From Candidatus Fraserbacteria bacterium (lineage in GTDB: Bacteria > Bipolaricaulota > Bipolaricaulia > RBG-16-55-9 > DRXL01), in the NCBI GenBank assembly GCA_947085185.1, contig CAMTVK010000003.1, positions 32,001 to 96,000 of the forward strand: 64,000 bases of DNA, given 5' to 3'. Below are positions 9,842 to 18,984 of this stretch, one piece after another (position 1 is the stretch's first letter; each line of letters opens with the position of its first letter). A model generated the notes under the pieces. It was not told the origin of the DNA and searched no databases. It saw nothing but the letters and a program-made list of their open reading frames with translations. The position numbers and the translations under genes were made by a program.

Positions 9842-12001
9842 CTAGCGCGTCGCGGCCGGCAGAGGCCGGTCCACCGGCGTGTCCGTCAGCCAGTACGAGA
9901 TGAGCGTCTGGAGCATCCGGAAGTCTATGGTCTTGCCGCACGTGCCCACGACCTCTTCGTCCTCAAGCCAGAGCGCAATGGCCGTCTGAATCTGAGCGAA
10001 GCTGATCTTGTTCGACAGCGCCACGTCAATCGCGTTCTGCTCCACGTTGAGATACGCGATCGCTACGGGGATGTCGAGACATTCGACGACGTTGACGGTC
10101 TGATCTCTTCCAACTGCGCTTTCAAAGCGCGGCGCAAACGACTCGATGAGCCCTTGAATCGTGTACGGGCTGATGATCTCGTCGGTGGGGACGGTCACTT
10201 CGTAGAGGATGCTGCGGCGCGCGCCTGCCGGGATCTTTTCTGTAAAGATCCAGGTGTTGACAGATTGCTTGAACGCGGCGCTGCCGCCGCCCTCACGAGG
10301 ACGTACCTCCCAGCGCTCGGGCAGCTTCTCTGTGAGCGTCAGCCCGAATAAGTCTTTTTCGGCTTGGACTTCGACGCGCACTCTGAAGATATTGCCGCCT
10401 GGCGCGCGCAGATAGACTTGATAGAACGGCAATGGCGTCAAGATCGAGCGCATCGCACTTCCGCCGATCGCAGCGTCTTCCGGGATGGTGCGATCTACAG
10501 GGACGTTCGCCAAGTGATGGGCCACGATCTGCTTGAGCGATTCAAGATCGAGCGGGGCGTCGCATGTTCCGGGCACAGGCGTGTCTTCTTGCCAGAACGC
10601 GACCGCCCGCTGCATCTGATCGAACGTGATCTCCTCGGACATGCGCAAATCTACGGTATTCGTAGCCGTGTCCAAGTGCGCCATAGCGACGAGAGCGGGC
10701 AAGCACGTCACCACAGAGATCCTCGAGAAGGGCTCGTTGGTCTCGCCCAGCACCGGGATCTCTTTGATATCGGGGACGGTGCTGGAGACGCGCCCTACGA
10801 TATCGAAGTCTTGGGGGAGCGGCCCGCCGATCAACTGATCGGTCTTGGGAATGGTGACGTCGTAGACGATGCGGCGGGTCTCACCGCTGCGCACGATCGT
10901 GGGGAAGACCCACTGGGTCGTAGCGGCCTTGAATGTCGCTCCGGCGCTGTCGATGGGGGTGACCTCCCAGTTGGCGGGCAGGTCTTCGTCCAATCCCAGA
11001 CCGCTCATGGACGTCCTGACAGTGATCGTGACCGTCACGCGGAAGGTCGTTCCGGGGGCAGCATGAGTCGTCGAGAGGGTGCGCGTGGCGAACGCAACTT
11101 CTTTCTCGACCATAATAGTCTTAGTGATCTGGCCGATGGCCCCCTTGTCGTCGGTGACTCTTAGGGTCACTTTCACTGCGCCGATCTGGGTGAACGTCCA
11201 CTGAACTGTTGGCTTATCGGTAGAGATCTCAAAGATGCCATCAGAATTGAAGTCCCACTCGTACTTGACGATCTTGCCATCGGCGACGGTGCTTGGGCGA
11301 GCGTCGAACGTCACGGGCACGTTGACGCTCACTACGGAGGGGGAGAACGTGAAATCTGCTTTGGGGGGAGCGCGGCGGAAGGCGCTCAAGACCAAGGGTT
11401 CTACTAGGCTAGGAAGCTGAAATCTTTCTGGAGAGAGAGGGTCACCGCTGAGCACCTGCCAGCCGTCGATGCCCCGGGTGAACGTGGGGGTGATGACGAT
11501 CTCGAACTCATCGGGCAGCCCGCTGATCACGACGCCGTCGGCGCGCTCGGGTAGCCAGCGCCAGGTCATCGTTGCCGTGGGCGGCGTGAACTCATACGTA
11601 TCGGCGGGGTCATCGCGCAGGGCGATCCGCGCCGTGGGCGGCAGCCCATCGAAGCGCAGGGTTGCCTCTCCGCCGGCGGGGTTTCCCGGCTTGCTCAAGA
11701 TAATAATTAAGCTGAGATCGCGCGTGTTGGCATCCCGATAGAAAAAGACCAGAGCTTGATTAGCGACCTCTAAGCCCGTATTGGGCTGATCGTTGGCGAA
11801 GCGATAGAAGTCTACGGCCGACCCCGGCTGACTGAGCGGGGTGATCGGGGTTGAGAACGCTCCTTGACGCGCAAGAAAGAACGAAGTCGTCTGCTCCAAG
11901 ACAGTTCCTTGGCTGGCTCCGCTGAGAGCGATCAGGGCCAGTACTATAAGCCCACAGAGAGACTGTCGCATGACACGCATCGCGGCCTCCTTTGTCGTCA
12001 T
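9842..12001 (-). CDS. Secreted PKD protein with two tandem [Ig-like + dockerin-like] units
   Basis: Signal peptide; PKD (YEWDFNSDG, VTDDKG); two copies of GL.L.E.LP..WEV...W.F...I..G..R.I.Y.VT.P each followed by I.F.Q.Q.A...W...D...L..I. Confidence 0.75.
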   Translation of the reverse strand: MTTKEAAMRVMRQSLCGLIVLALIALSGASQGTVLEQTTSFFLARQGAFSTPITPLSQPGSAVDFYRFANDQPNTGLEVANQALVFFYRDANTRDLSLIIILSKPGNPAGGEATLRFDGLPPTARIALRDDPADTYEFTPPTATMTWRWLPERADGVVISGLPDEFEIVITPTFTRGIDGWQVLSGDPLSPERFQLPSLVEPLVLSAFRRAPPKADFTFSPSVVSVNVPVTFDARPSTVADGKIVKYEWDFNSDGIFEISTDKPTVQWTFTQIGAVKVTLRVTDDKGAIGQITKTIMVEKEVAFATRTLSTTHAAPGTTFRVTVTITVRTSMSGLGLDEDLPANWEVTPIDSAGATFKAATTQWVFPTIVRSGETRRIVYDVTIPKTDQLIGGPLPQDFDIVGRVSSTVPDIKEIPVLGETNEPFSRISVVTCLPALVAMAHLDTATNTVDLRMSEEITFDQMQRAVAFWQEDTPVPGTCDAPLDLESLKQIVAHHLANVPVDRTIPEDAAIGGSAMRSILTPLPFYQVYLRAPGGNIFRVRVEVQAEKDLFGLTLTEKLPERWEVRPREGGGSAAFKQSVNTWIFTEKIPAGARRSILYEVTVPTDEIISPYTIQGLIESFAPRFESAVGRDQTVNVVECLDIPVAIAYLNVEQNAIDVALSNKISFAQIQTAIALWLEDEEVVGTCGKTIDFRMLQTLISYWLTDTPVDRPLPAATR

Positions 12002-12381
12002 ACCTGCCTCAGTATAGCGAGCGATCCCCCCTGAGACAGTGATTCAAATTACCCATTGCGCACGTTTCCCCTTGGCTTGAGCATAGCACAGCGTGCGGCC
12101 AAAGGCAAGCGGGCGTAATGGCAATTACAGTCTAAGAAAATCTCTAGGGGCTTTCGAGGTCTGGGGACAGCATCGAAGTGGGCGTTTGTCTGGAGGCAGG
12201 GTGCGCTCTGTCCAAATGGTTGGGCCCCATGCCGTGTGACAGGAGGGTCGAGGCTTTGTTCGCGGCAATCTGGCGGGCCAGATTGACGATGGCTTCGGAT
12301 GGGGCCCAACTCACTGGTCATAGTATGGAGGGGGAACATGGAGAGGTCAATGAGCTCAATCATGAGAAAATCTGAGATTCG

Positions 12382-12714
12382 TTAGGTTCGCTCGATATTG
12401 CGAAGGAATTCTGCGTACAGATCAACGTCACCGTTCTTGGCGATCTGTTTGTCCTCATAGGGTACCCCCAGCCGACGATAGAACTCGTCGGCGATATTTT
12501 TGAAGACGCCCGTTACAAGGGCGATAATCCAGTAGCGCAGCGCGCCGAAGTGGAGCTTGATCACTTTGAGTGCCAGCCGGGTGCATGTGTAATTGAGAAG
12601 CCCAGCGAACGCCGTGTCTGAGCCGTGGGCTTTCGCTTGAGTGACGATCTGCTGGGCGAGCTCGTCAATCAACGGGTCAAGGGGCCGACGGTCTTGCTGA
12701 GTGATATAGGGCAT
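12382..12714 (-). CDS. Hypothetical protein (DUF6899-like)
   Basis: MPYI...GLLNY...EFYRR...PYEDKQIAKNGDV pattern; GGAGG RBS. Confidence 0.6.
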   Translation of the reverse strand: MPYITQQDRRPLDPLIDELAQQIVTQAKAHGSDTAFAGLLNYTCTRLALKVIKLHFGALRYWIIALVTGVFKNIADEFYRRLGVPYEDKQIAKNGDVDLYAEFLRNIERT

Positions 12715-12809
12715 AGAGAGACCTCCTTCGCTTCAATCCTGCGGCTTTGCTTGGCACGCTTCTGGGACGTGCTGAGCATAATTGCTTGTTTAAGAAGCCA
12801 AGAGCGCGC

Positions 12810-13829
12810 TCAGCGCAGCAGCACAACCTGCCCGCTGCCCCGCACAATCTCCCCGACTCTATACGCCCGCTCCCCTTGAGCTTCTAAGAACTTCATGACA
12901 CTATCGGCTTGCTTGCTGGACACGATCAGAATACATCCCACCCCCATGTTGAAGACCTCCCACAGCTCGTCTTCGGGCACGTCTCCCCAGCGTTGTAACG
13001 CGCGAAAGAGCTTTGGGATGGGCCAGCTTCCCTTGCGCACAAGAGCGTCTACACCGTCATGCAAAGCTCGGACTACATTCCCAGCAATCCCACCCCCGGT
13101 GATGTGCGCCGCTCCCTTTATAGAAAATTTATCAAAGAGCTCAAGTACAGTCTTGGCATAGAGCGGCATCGGCTCCAGCAGCAGCTCCCCCAGAGGACGA
13201 TCCCCGGCTTCAGTATAAGTCTTTCTCAGATCGAGCCTCTGTCTTTCTAAAATCTTGCGGATGAGCGAGAATCCGTTGCAGTGCGGCCCTCGAGCAGCAA
13301 GCCCCACTAAAAGATCCCCCGGCTCAACTCGCTGGGGATCGGGGACCCGCGAGCGCTCGACGACCCCCACGACAAAGCCGACAAGCTCGATCTCATCAGA
13401 TCGCACAAACAGATCGGGCAGCTGCGCCGTCTCGCCTCCCATCAAGACACAGCCCGCTTCATCACACGCCCGCACCAGCCCGGAAAAGATCTCTCGGCTC
13501 ATCTCTACATCGAGTCTGGCCGTCGCATAGTAATCTAAGAAGAACAAGGGCCGAGCCCCAAGACAGACTATGTCATTGACGTTCATGGCTACTAAGTCCT
13601 GCCCCAACCCGTCAAATTTTTTGTAGTCGAGCGCGATGCGCGTCTTGGTGCCGATGCCGTCGGTGGAGCTGACCAGCAGCGGGTCCCGATAATCCTGCAA
13701 GATCTCTCTGAGCTCAAAGACCCCTGCAAACGGGCCGATCTGAGCGCTCCCTCTCTTATTGAGCTCTTTGATAAGCGCGACAAGCTTATCGGCTTGGTCT
13801 ATGTCGACTCCAGCATCTCGATAGCGCAT
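12810..13829 (-). CDS. purM: Phosphoribosylformylglycinamidine cyclo-ligase
   Basis: YRDAGVDI, STDGIGTK, GQDLVAMNVND, GGETA, HITGGG, FNMGVG. Confidence 0.96.
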   Translation of the reverse strand: MRYRDAGVDIDQADKLVALIKELNKRGSAQIGPFAGVFELREILQDYRDPLLVSSTDGIGTKTRIALDYKKFDGLGQDLVAMNVNDIVCLGARPLFFLDYYATARLDVEMSREIFSGLVRACDEAGCVLMGGETAQLPDLFVRSDEIELVGFVVGVVERSRVPDPQRVEPGDLLVGLAARGPHCNGFSLIRKILERQRLDLRKTYTEAGDRPLGELLLEPMPLYAKTVLELFDKFSIKGAAHITGGGIAGNVVRALHDGVDALVRKGSWPIPKLFRALQRWGDVPEDELWEVFNMGVGCILIVSSKQADSVMKFLEAQGERAYRVGEIVRGSGQVVLLR

Positions 13830-15190
13830 GGCAGGCTCCCCTCAGGGTATCGCCCCGTAAAGCACGAGGTACAGAAGAGCTCAGGGTGCTCTACGCACCG
13901 CTGCAGCTCCTCTACCGTCAGATAGATCACGGAATCCGCCCCAATAAAGCGCGCGATCTCGCTCAGCGTCCGACTGGAAGCGACGAGCTCCTCTTTGGTA
14001 GGCATGTCAATCCCAAAATAACACGGCGAGATCAAGGGCGGCGACGCGATCCTCAGATGGACTTCTTTGGCGCCAAACTCTCGTAACACGTGGACGATCG
14101 CGCGCGAGGTCGTCCCCCGCACGATCGAGTCGTCTACGAGCGCAATGCGTCGGCCGTGCAACACGTCACGCAAGGGCAGCAGCTTCATGCGCACTCTGTG
14201 AACGCGCGACTCTTGAGAGGGCTCGATGAAGCTCCGCCCGACATAGTGACTCCGGATGAGCCCAAACTCCAAGGGCTTCTGCAGCTCACGAGAGTACCCC
14301 AGCGCCGCCGGCAGCCCCGAATCGGGCACCGGCACGACAATATCGATCTCGTACGTCTCTTTCTGCGCCAGCAGCACCCCAGCAGCCTTGCGAAACTCAT
14401 AGACGTTCTGCCCAAAGAGTTTACTATCGGGTCGGGCAAAATAAATAAGTTCAAAGACGCACTGGCGGCACGGGCGCTTTGGACCAAAACGCACCGATTG
14501 CATCCCGTCCCTATTGATAATCACGGCTTCGCCGGGCTCGATCTCGCGGAGGAACTGCGCCCCAACCATGTCCAACGCGGCCGTCTCCGAGGCGACACAG
14601 AAGTCAGCACCCCGCCGCCCCACCACCAACGGACGGAACCCAAAGGGATCGCGCGCCGCAATCAGATGCTCCCCGTCAATCATGACGAGCGCATACGCCC
14701 CCAGGGCCCTGTGAGCGATAAATTCTAATCTCTCGTGAGGGCTTGCCTTGGGGACTTGCGCGTACAGATGGAGCAAGCTCTCCGTGTCTGAGGTGCTCTG
14801 AAACGAGACGCCCTTGGCGTGAAGCTCCGCTCTCAGCTGGGCAGCATTGGAGAGATTGCCGTTGTGAGCGAGCGCGATCCAGCGCCCTTCTCTGCGCACA
14901 ATAAACGGCTGCGCGTTCTCTTGGCGGGCGCTCTCCCCGTGGGTCGAGTATCGGGTATGCGCGATCCCCATGTGCCCTCGCAAGAGCTCCACCCGCCCCC
15001 GACTATAGACATCGGTGACGAGCCCCAGATCTTTGTAGCAGCGCAGCTCTCGTCCGTCGGAGACCGCAAATCCTGCGGCCTCTTGACCGCGGTGCTGCAC
15101 CGCGAAGATCCCCAGATACAGGGCCTCGGCGATCTCGTCCGACTCGCTGAAGATCGCAAAGAGCCCGCACTCTTCTTTGAGTTTCATCAT
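13799..15190 (-). CDS. purF: Amidophosphoribosyltransferase
   Basis: EECG N-terminal nucleophile, QHRGQE, HNGNL, VDDSIVRGTT, CYFGID. Confidence 0.96.
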   Translation of the reverse strand: MMKLKEECGLFAIFSESDEIAEALYLGIFAVQHRGQEAAGFAVSDGRELRCYKDLGLVTDVYSRGRVELLRGHMGIAHTRYSTHGESARQENAQPFIVRREGRWIALAHNGNLSNAAQLRAELHAKGVSFQSTSDTESLLHLYAQVPKASPHERLEFIAHRALGAYALVMIDGEHLIAARDPFGFRPLVVGRRGADFCVASETAALDMVGAQFLREIEPGEAVIINRDGMQSVRFGPKRPCRQCVFELIYFARPDSKLFGQNVYEFRKAAGVLLAQKETYEIDIVVPVPDSGLPAALGYSRELQKPLEFGLIRSHYVGRSFIEPSQESRVHRVRMKLLPLRDVLHGRRIALVDDSIVRGTTSRAIVHVLREFGAKEVHLRIASPPLISPCYFGIDMPTKEELVASSRTLSEIARFIGADSVIYLTVEELQRCVEHPELFCTSCFTGRYPEGSLPCAIEMLEST

Positions 15191-17340
15191 ACGCTCTCTG
15201 GGAGCGCCGCCTCATAGATCCGATACAGCTCGGCGATCGAGACGCGCTCCCCACAGAACTCAAGGGAATCTCCCGACACAACCCCCACTCGCCGATAGGG
15301 CACCCCAAACTCCTCAAGCGTCTTGCGAAGCGGCGCTTCACATTCAGGCGCTACGGTGATGACCAAGCGCGACGGCCACTCCCCAAAGAGAAATTCTTCA
15401 CAAGAATCTCCCAGATCCAGACGCGCCCCCAACCCCCGCACAAATCCCTTCTCCGCCACAGCTACACATAATCCCCCCTCCGAGACATCATGAGCGCTCG
15501 CTAAAATCTGGCGATCTGTGAGAGCCAGCATCGCGCGAAGCAGCCTGCGCTCAAGCTCTATGTCGGTCCTGTCTAAGTCCCCCCACCACGCCTTATAAAA
15601 GACTTTCATAAACTCACTGCCCCCAACATGCCCTCCCTCAAGCTGCCCAATGAGATAGATCAGATCCCCCTCACGCTGAAACCCCATAGGCACCAGCTTC
15701 CCTAAGTCTTCTACAAGCCCCACCATCCCCACGATCGGCGTGGGATAGATCTGACGCTCTGCGGATTGATTGTAGAAACTCACATTTCCCGAGACAAACG
15801 GCAGCTCCAACGCTTGAGCGGCCTTGGCCATGCCGCGGATTGTCTGCTCGAACGACCAGAAGACTTGTGGATCGGTGGGGTTGGCAAAATTGAGACAGTC
15901 CGTGATCCCCAGCGGCCGCGCCCCCACACTGATCAGGTTATGAACGGCTTCGCAGACCGCCCGAACGCCCCCTTCGTAGGGGTCTATCTGACAGAAGCGT
16001 CCGTTGCCCCCTATCGTGACGGCTATCCCAAATCGTTCGCCCTTCACCCGCAAGACCGCGGCATCGTGCGATCCCGGACCGACGACGGTGTTGGTCTGCA
16101 CCGTGTGATCGTATTGCTCAAAGATCCAGCGCTTCGAGGCGATCGTTGCCGATCGCAAGAGCTCTTTGAGCACGTCGCAACGTGCCCCTACACCCTGGCG
16201 CTTCATGGGCACGTTGCAACGTGCCCCTACACCCTGGCGCTTCATGGGCACGTCGCAACGTGCCCCTACTGGCGCCCCACCCACTAAGAGCTCTATGGGC
16301 ACCTCCGCGATCGTCCGCCCCTCGTGACGAATTCTGTAGACCCGCTCGGCGATCACCTCCCCGATCACCGCCGCCTCCAAGCCCCACTTGCGATAGACTT
16401 GCACGAATTTCTGTGCGCTCCCAGCTTGGACGCAGAGCACCATGCGCTCCTGCGACTCCGACAGAAGGATCTCAGAGGGGGTCATGGTGGGATCGCGCAG
16501 CGGGATCTCCTCCAGATCAAGGGCAATCCCCACTCCCCCTCGAGCGGCCATCTCCGCTGGGGCGGTCGCAAGCCCTCCCGCCCCTAAGTCTTGCAGCCCG
16601 ATCAGCTCTGGAAATTGACAGACTTCTAACGTGGCTTCGATCAAAGACTTCCCCGTGAACGGATCCCCCACTTGGACGTTGGGACGCTTCGCTTCGGTCT
16701 CCCCAATAAGATCTTGCGAAGCAAAAGTCGCCCCGTGGATCCCGTCACGTCCCGTGCGCGCCCCCACTAAGAGAATCTTATTGCCGACCCCACCGGCTCG
16801 TGCCCTCTTGAGCTCCGACTTCTTCAGCAGCCCCACACACATCACGTTGACCAGACAGTTCTCAGCGTAGGCCTCATCGAAAGCGACGTCGCCCCCCACC
16901 GTGGGCACCCCCACGCAATTCCCATAATGACTGATCCCCGCCACGACCCCCCTCAAGAGCCGCCGGGCATGAGCACCCTCCCCAAAGCGCAGAGAGTCTA
17001 ACAGCGCTATGGGCCGCGCCCCCATGCTCAAAATATCTCGGATAATCCCACCAACCCCGGTCGCCGCCCCATGGAACGGCTCGACGGCCGAGGGATGATT
17101 GTGGCTCTCGACTTTGAACGCGACACACCACGTATTCTGGAGCTCAATCACCCCGGCGTTCTCCCCAGGCCCCGCTACCACGTGCTTGCCCGTCGTCGGC
17201 AAGAGTTTTAAGAGCCTCTTGGAGCTCTTGTAGCTACAGTGCTCCGACCAGTTGAGCTCAAAGAGCCCAAGCTCCAGCTCGTTGGGCCTACGCCCCAACG
17301 CCGCACAGATTCTCTGGTATTCCTCCGGAGAAAGCCTCAT
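15187..17340 (-). CDS. purL: Phosphoribosylformylglycinamidine synthase subunit PurL
   Basis: WSEHCSYKSS, ESHNHPS, GAATGVGG, SESQERM, QYDHTV, SGNVSFYN; contains in-frame repeat at 16170-16269. Confidence 0.96.
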   Translation of the reverse strand: MRLSPEEYQRICAALGRRPNELELGLFELNWSEHCSYKSSKRLLKLLPTTGKHVVAGPGENAGVIELQNTWCVAFKVESHNHPSAVEPFHGAATGVGGIIRDILSMGARPIALLDSLRFGEGAHARRLLRGVVAGISHYGNCVGVPTVGGDVAFDEAYAENCLVNVMCVGLLKKSELKRARAGGVGNKILLVGARTGRDGIHGATFASQDLIGETEAKRPNVQVGDPFTGKSLIEATLEVCQFPELIGLQDLGAGGLATAPAEMAARGGVGIALDLEEIPLRDPTMTPSEILLSESQERMVLCVQAGSAQKFVQVYRKWGLEAAVIGEVIAERVYRIRHEGRTIAEVPIELLVGGAPVGARCDVPMKRQGVGARCNVPMKRQGVGARCDVLKELLRSATIASKRWIFEQYDHTVQTNTVVGPGSHDAAVLRVKGERFGIAVTIGGNGRFCQIDPYEGGVRAVCEAVHNLISVGARPLGITDCLNFANPTDPQVFWSFEQTIRGMAKAAQALELPFVSGNVSFYNQSAERQIYPTPIVGMVGLVEDLGKLVPMGFQREGDLIYLIGQLEGGHVGGSEFMKVFYKAWWGDLDRTDIELERRLLRAMLALTDRQILASAHDVSEGGLCVAVAEKGFVRGLGARLDLGDSCEEFLFGEWPSRLVITVAPECEAPLRKTLEEFGVPYRRVGVVSGDSLEFCGERVSIAELYRIYEAALPESV
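16170..16269. repeat. 39-bp tandem repeat (about 2.6 copies) built on a REP-like palindrome, in frame inside purL
   Basis: GCACGT(C/T)GCAACGTGCCCCTACACCCTGGCGCTTCATGG at 16170 and 16209, partial at 16248; encodes VGARC(D/N)VPMKRQG. Confidence 0.9.
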
Positions 17341-18002
17341 AGAGATGAAAGCACCGACTGAAAGAATCTCACCCCATCTCCAGACCCAAAGAGTTTTTCG
17401 CTGTTGCGCTCCGGATGGGGCATCATGCCAAAGACCGTCCCGGTCTTATCGCAGATCCCCGCGATCTGCTCGAGGGAGCCGTTGGGGTTCTCCCCCTCAT
17501 AGCGCAGCACGATCTGCCGATCTCTCTTGAGAGACTCGAGAGTCTCGGCAGACGCGACGTAGCGCCCCTCCCCGTGCGCGATGGGCAGTTCTACAATCTC
17601 CCCCAGCTGAAAGAGCCGGGTCAGCGCGGTCGCGTTGTTCTCGATGCGCACCTTCACGGTCTTACAGAGAAATCTCTGCGAGAGGTTCTTGGTGAGCGCC
17701 CCAGGAAGCAACCGTGCTTCTGTGAGGATCTGGAAGCCGTTACAAATCCCAAGCACGATCCCGCGCCCCCTCTCGACATACTCCGGCAGGGCTTGCACGA
17801 GGGGAGCAAAGCGCGCGATCGCTCCCGCTCTCAGATAATCCCCATAGGAAAATCCCCCAGGAAGCACGATCAGACTATAGGGATCGAGATGCGTCTCGCG
17901 ATACCACACCAAGTCCGTCTCGACCCCCAAGAGCTCCTTGAGCACATAGTACGTATCGTGATCGCAGGTGGAGCCGGGAAAGACCACGACGGCCGCACGC
18001 AT
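17337..18002 (-). CDS. purQ: Phosphoribosylformylglycinamidine synthase glutaminase subunit
   Basis: FPGSTCD, GGFSYGDYLR, GICNGFQ, AHGEG, MMPHPER. Confidence 0.96.
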   Translation of the reverse strand: MRAAVVVFPGSTCDHDTYYVLKELLGVETDLVWYRETHLDPYSLIVLPGGFSYGDYLRAGAIARFAPLVQALPEYVERGRGIVLGICNGFQILTEARLLPGALTKNLSQRFLCKTVKVRIENNATALTRLFQLGEIVELPIAHGEGRYVASAETLESLKRDRQIVLRYEGENPNGSLEQIAGICDKTGTVFGMMPHPERNSEKLFGSGDGVRFFQSVLSSL

Positions 18003-18253
18003 CAGAGTTCCTCCAGCTCGAGGGAGTATCTTTCGATGACGGGGTTGGCCAAGAATTTCCGGGCGACTTCGTCGACCCGTGCGCGGGCTTGCTGGGCAGA
18101 GAGCGCTTTCACTCTCAATGTGATATACTTTCCCACGCGCGTCCCTTGGGCGCTCAGCCCAAGCTCCGCAAGTGCGCGCTCTACTGCTTGTCCTTGGGGG
18201 TCGAGGAGTTCGGGTTTAGGCTCGACCAAGACTCTTACGAGAAATTCTTTCAT
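18002..18253 (-). CDS. purS: Phosphoribosylformylglycinamidine synthase subunit PurS
   Basis: LDPQGQAV, LANPVIE; position between purC and purQ. Confidence 0.93.
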   Translation of the reverse strand: MKEFLVRVLVEPKPELLDPQGQAVERALAELGLSAQGTRVGKYITLRVKALSAQQARARVDEVARKFLANPVIERYSLELEEL

Positions 18254-18951
18254 AGGAGTCCCATGCGTCGTGCGACTTCTCTATAAGTTGCGAGCAGATC
18301 GGCCTTGTCCTCGCGGAACACATCTTTATCGAGGCTGGCACCGGTGTGGGCATCCCAGAGCCTCATGGTGTCGGGGCTGAGCTCGTCGGCCAGCAGGATC
18401 TCCCCGGAGGGGGCGCGCCCAAACTCAAATTTGATATCGACGAGCGTCAGCCCCAGCGAAGCAAAATATTCTTGTAAGATCCCGTGAGCGCGCAGGGCGT
18501 GCTCTCTGACGAGCGCGAGTTCCTGTGGGGTAGCCAGTCCCATGGCCAGGGCGTGGGCCTCACAGATGAGGGGATCTCCCAGGGGATCGGACTTATAGAA
18601 GAGCTCGAGCAGAGGGGGCTGGAGCGGCGTTCCGCGGGGGATTCCCAAGCGTTTGACGAGGGAGCCTGCGGCGCAGGAGCGGACGACGACTTCCAGGGGG
18701 ATGATGTGCACGGCATGGGCGAGGAAGCTTGTGTCGTCGAGTTGTTTGATATAGTGTGAGGGGAGATTGTGTGTCCGAAGCAGCTCGAAGAGCTTTATAG
18801 AGATGTGTGCGGCCAGAGCGCCTTTGCCGAAGATTTCGGCGCGTTTTTTGCCGTTGCCGGCGGTGACGGAGTCGGTGAAGCGCACGATAAGAGTCTTGGG
18901 GTCTTCTGTGGCGAGGATCTGTTTGGCTTTGCCTTGGTAGAGGAGCTGCAT
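18250..18951 (-). CDS. purC: SAICAR synthetase
   Basis: YQGKAK, PLEVVVR, LVDIKFEFG, LADELSPDTMRLWD, LDKDVFR. Confidence 0.95.
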   Translation of the reverse strand: MQLLYQGKAKQILATEDPKTLIVRFTDSVTAGNGKKRAEIFGKGALAAHISIKLFELLRTHNLPSHYIKQLDDTSFLAHAVHIIPLEVVVRSCAAGSLVKRLGIPRGTPLQPPLLELFYKSDPLGDPLICEAHALAMGLATPQELALVREHALRAHGILQEYFASLGLTLVDIKFEFGRAPSGEILLADELSPDTMRLWDAHTGASLDKDVFREDKADLLATYREVARRMGLL

Positions 18952-18984
18952 AGCGCCTTATGATATCAGGTGGGGGGAGTCGTT

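Noticed and set aside
12382..12714. Prophage remnant suggested by the DUF6899-like gene
   Set aside because: Single gene with no integrase, structural genes or att sites nearby.
16170..16269. Mini CRISPR array
   Set aside because: The spacers are identical, the unit is in frame within purL, and no cas genes are present.
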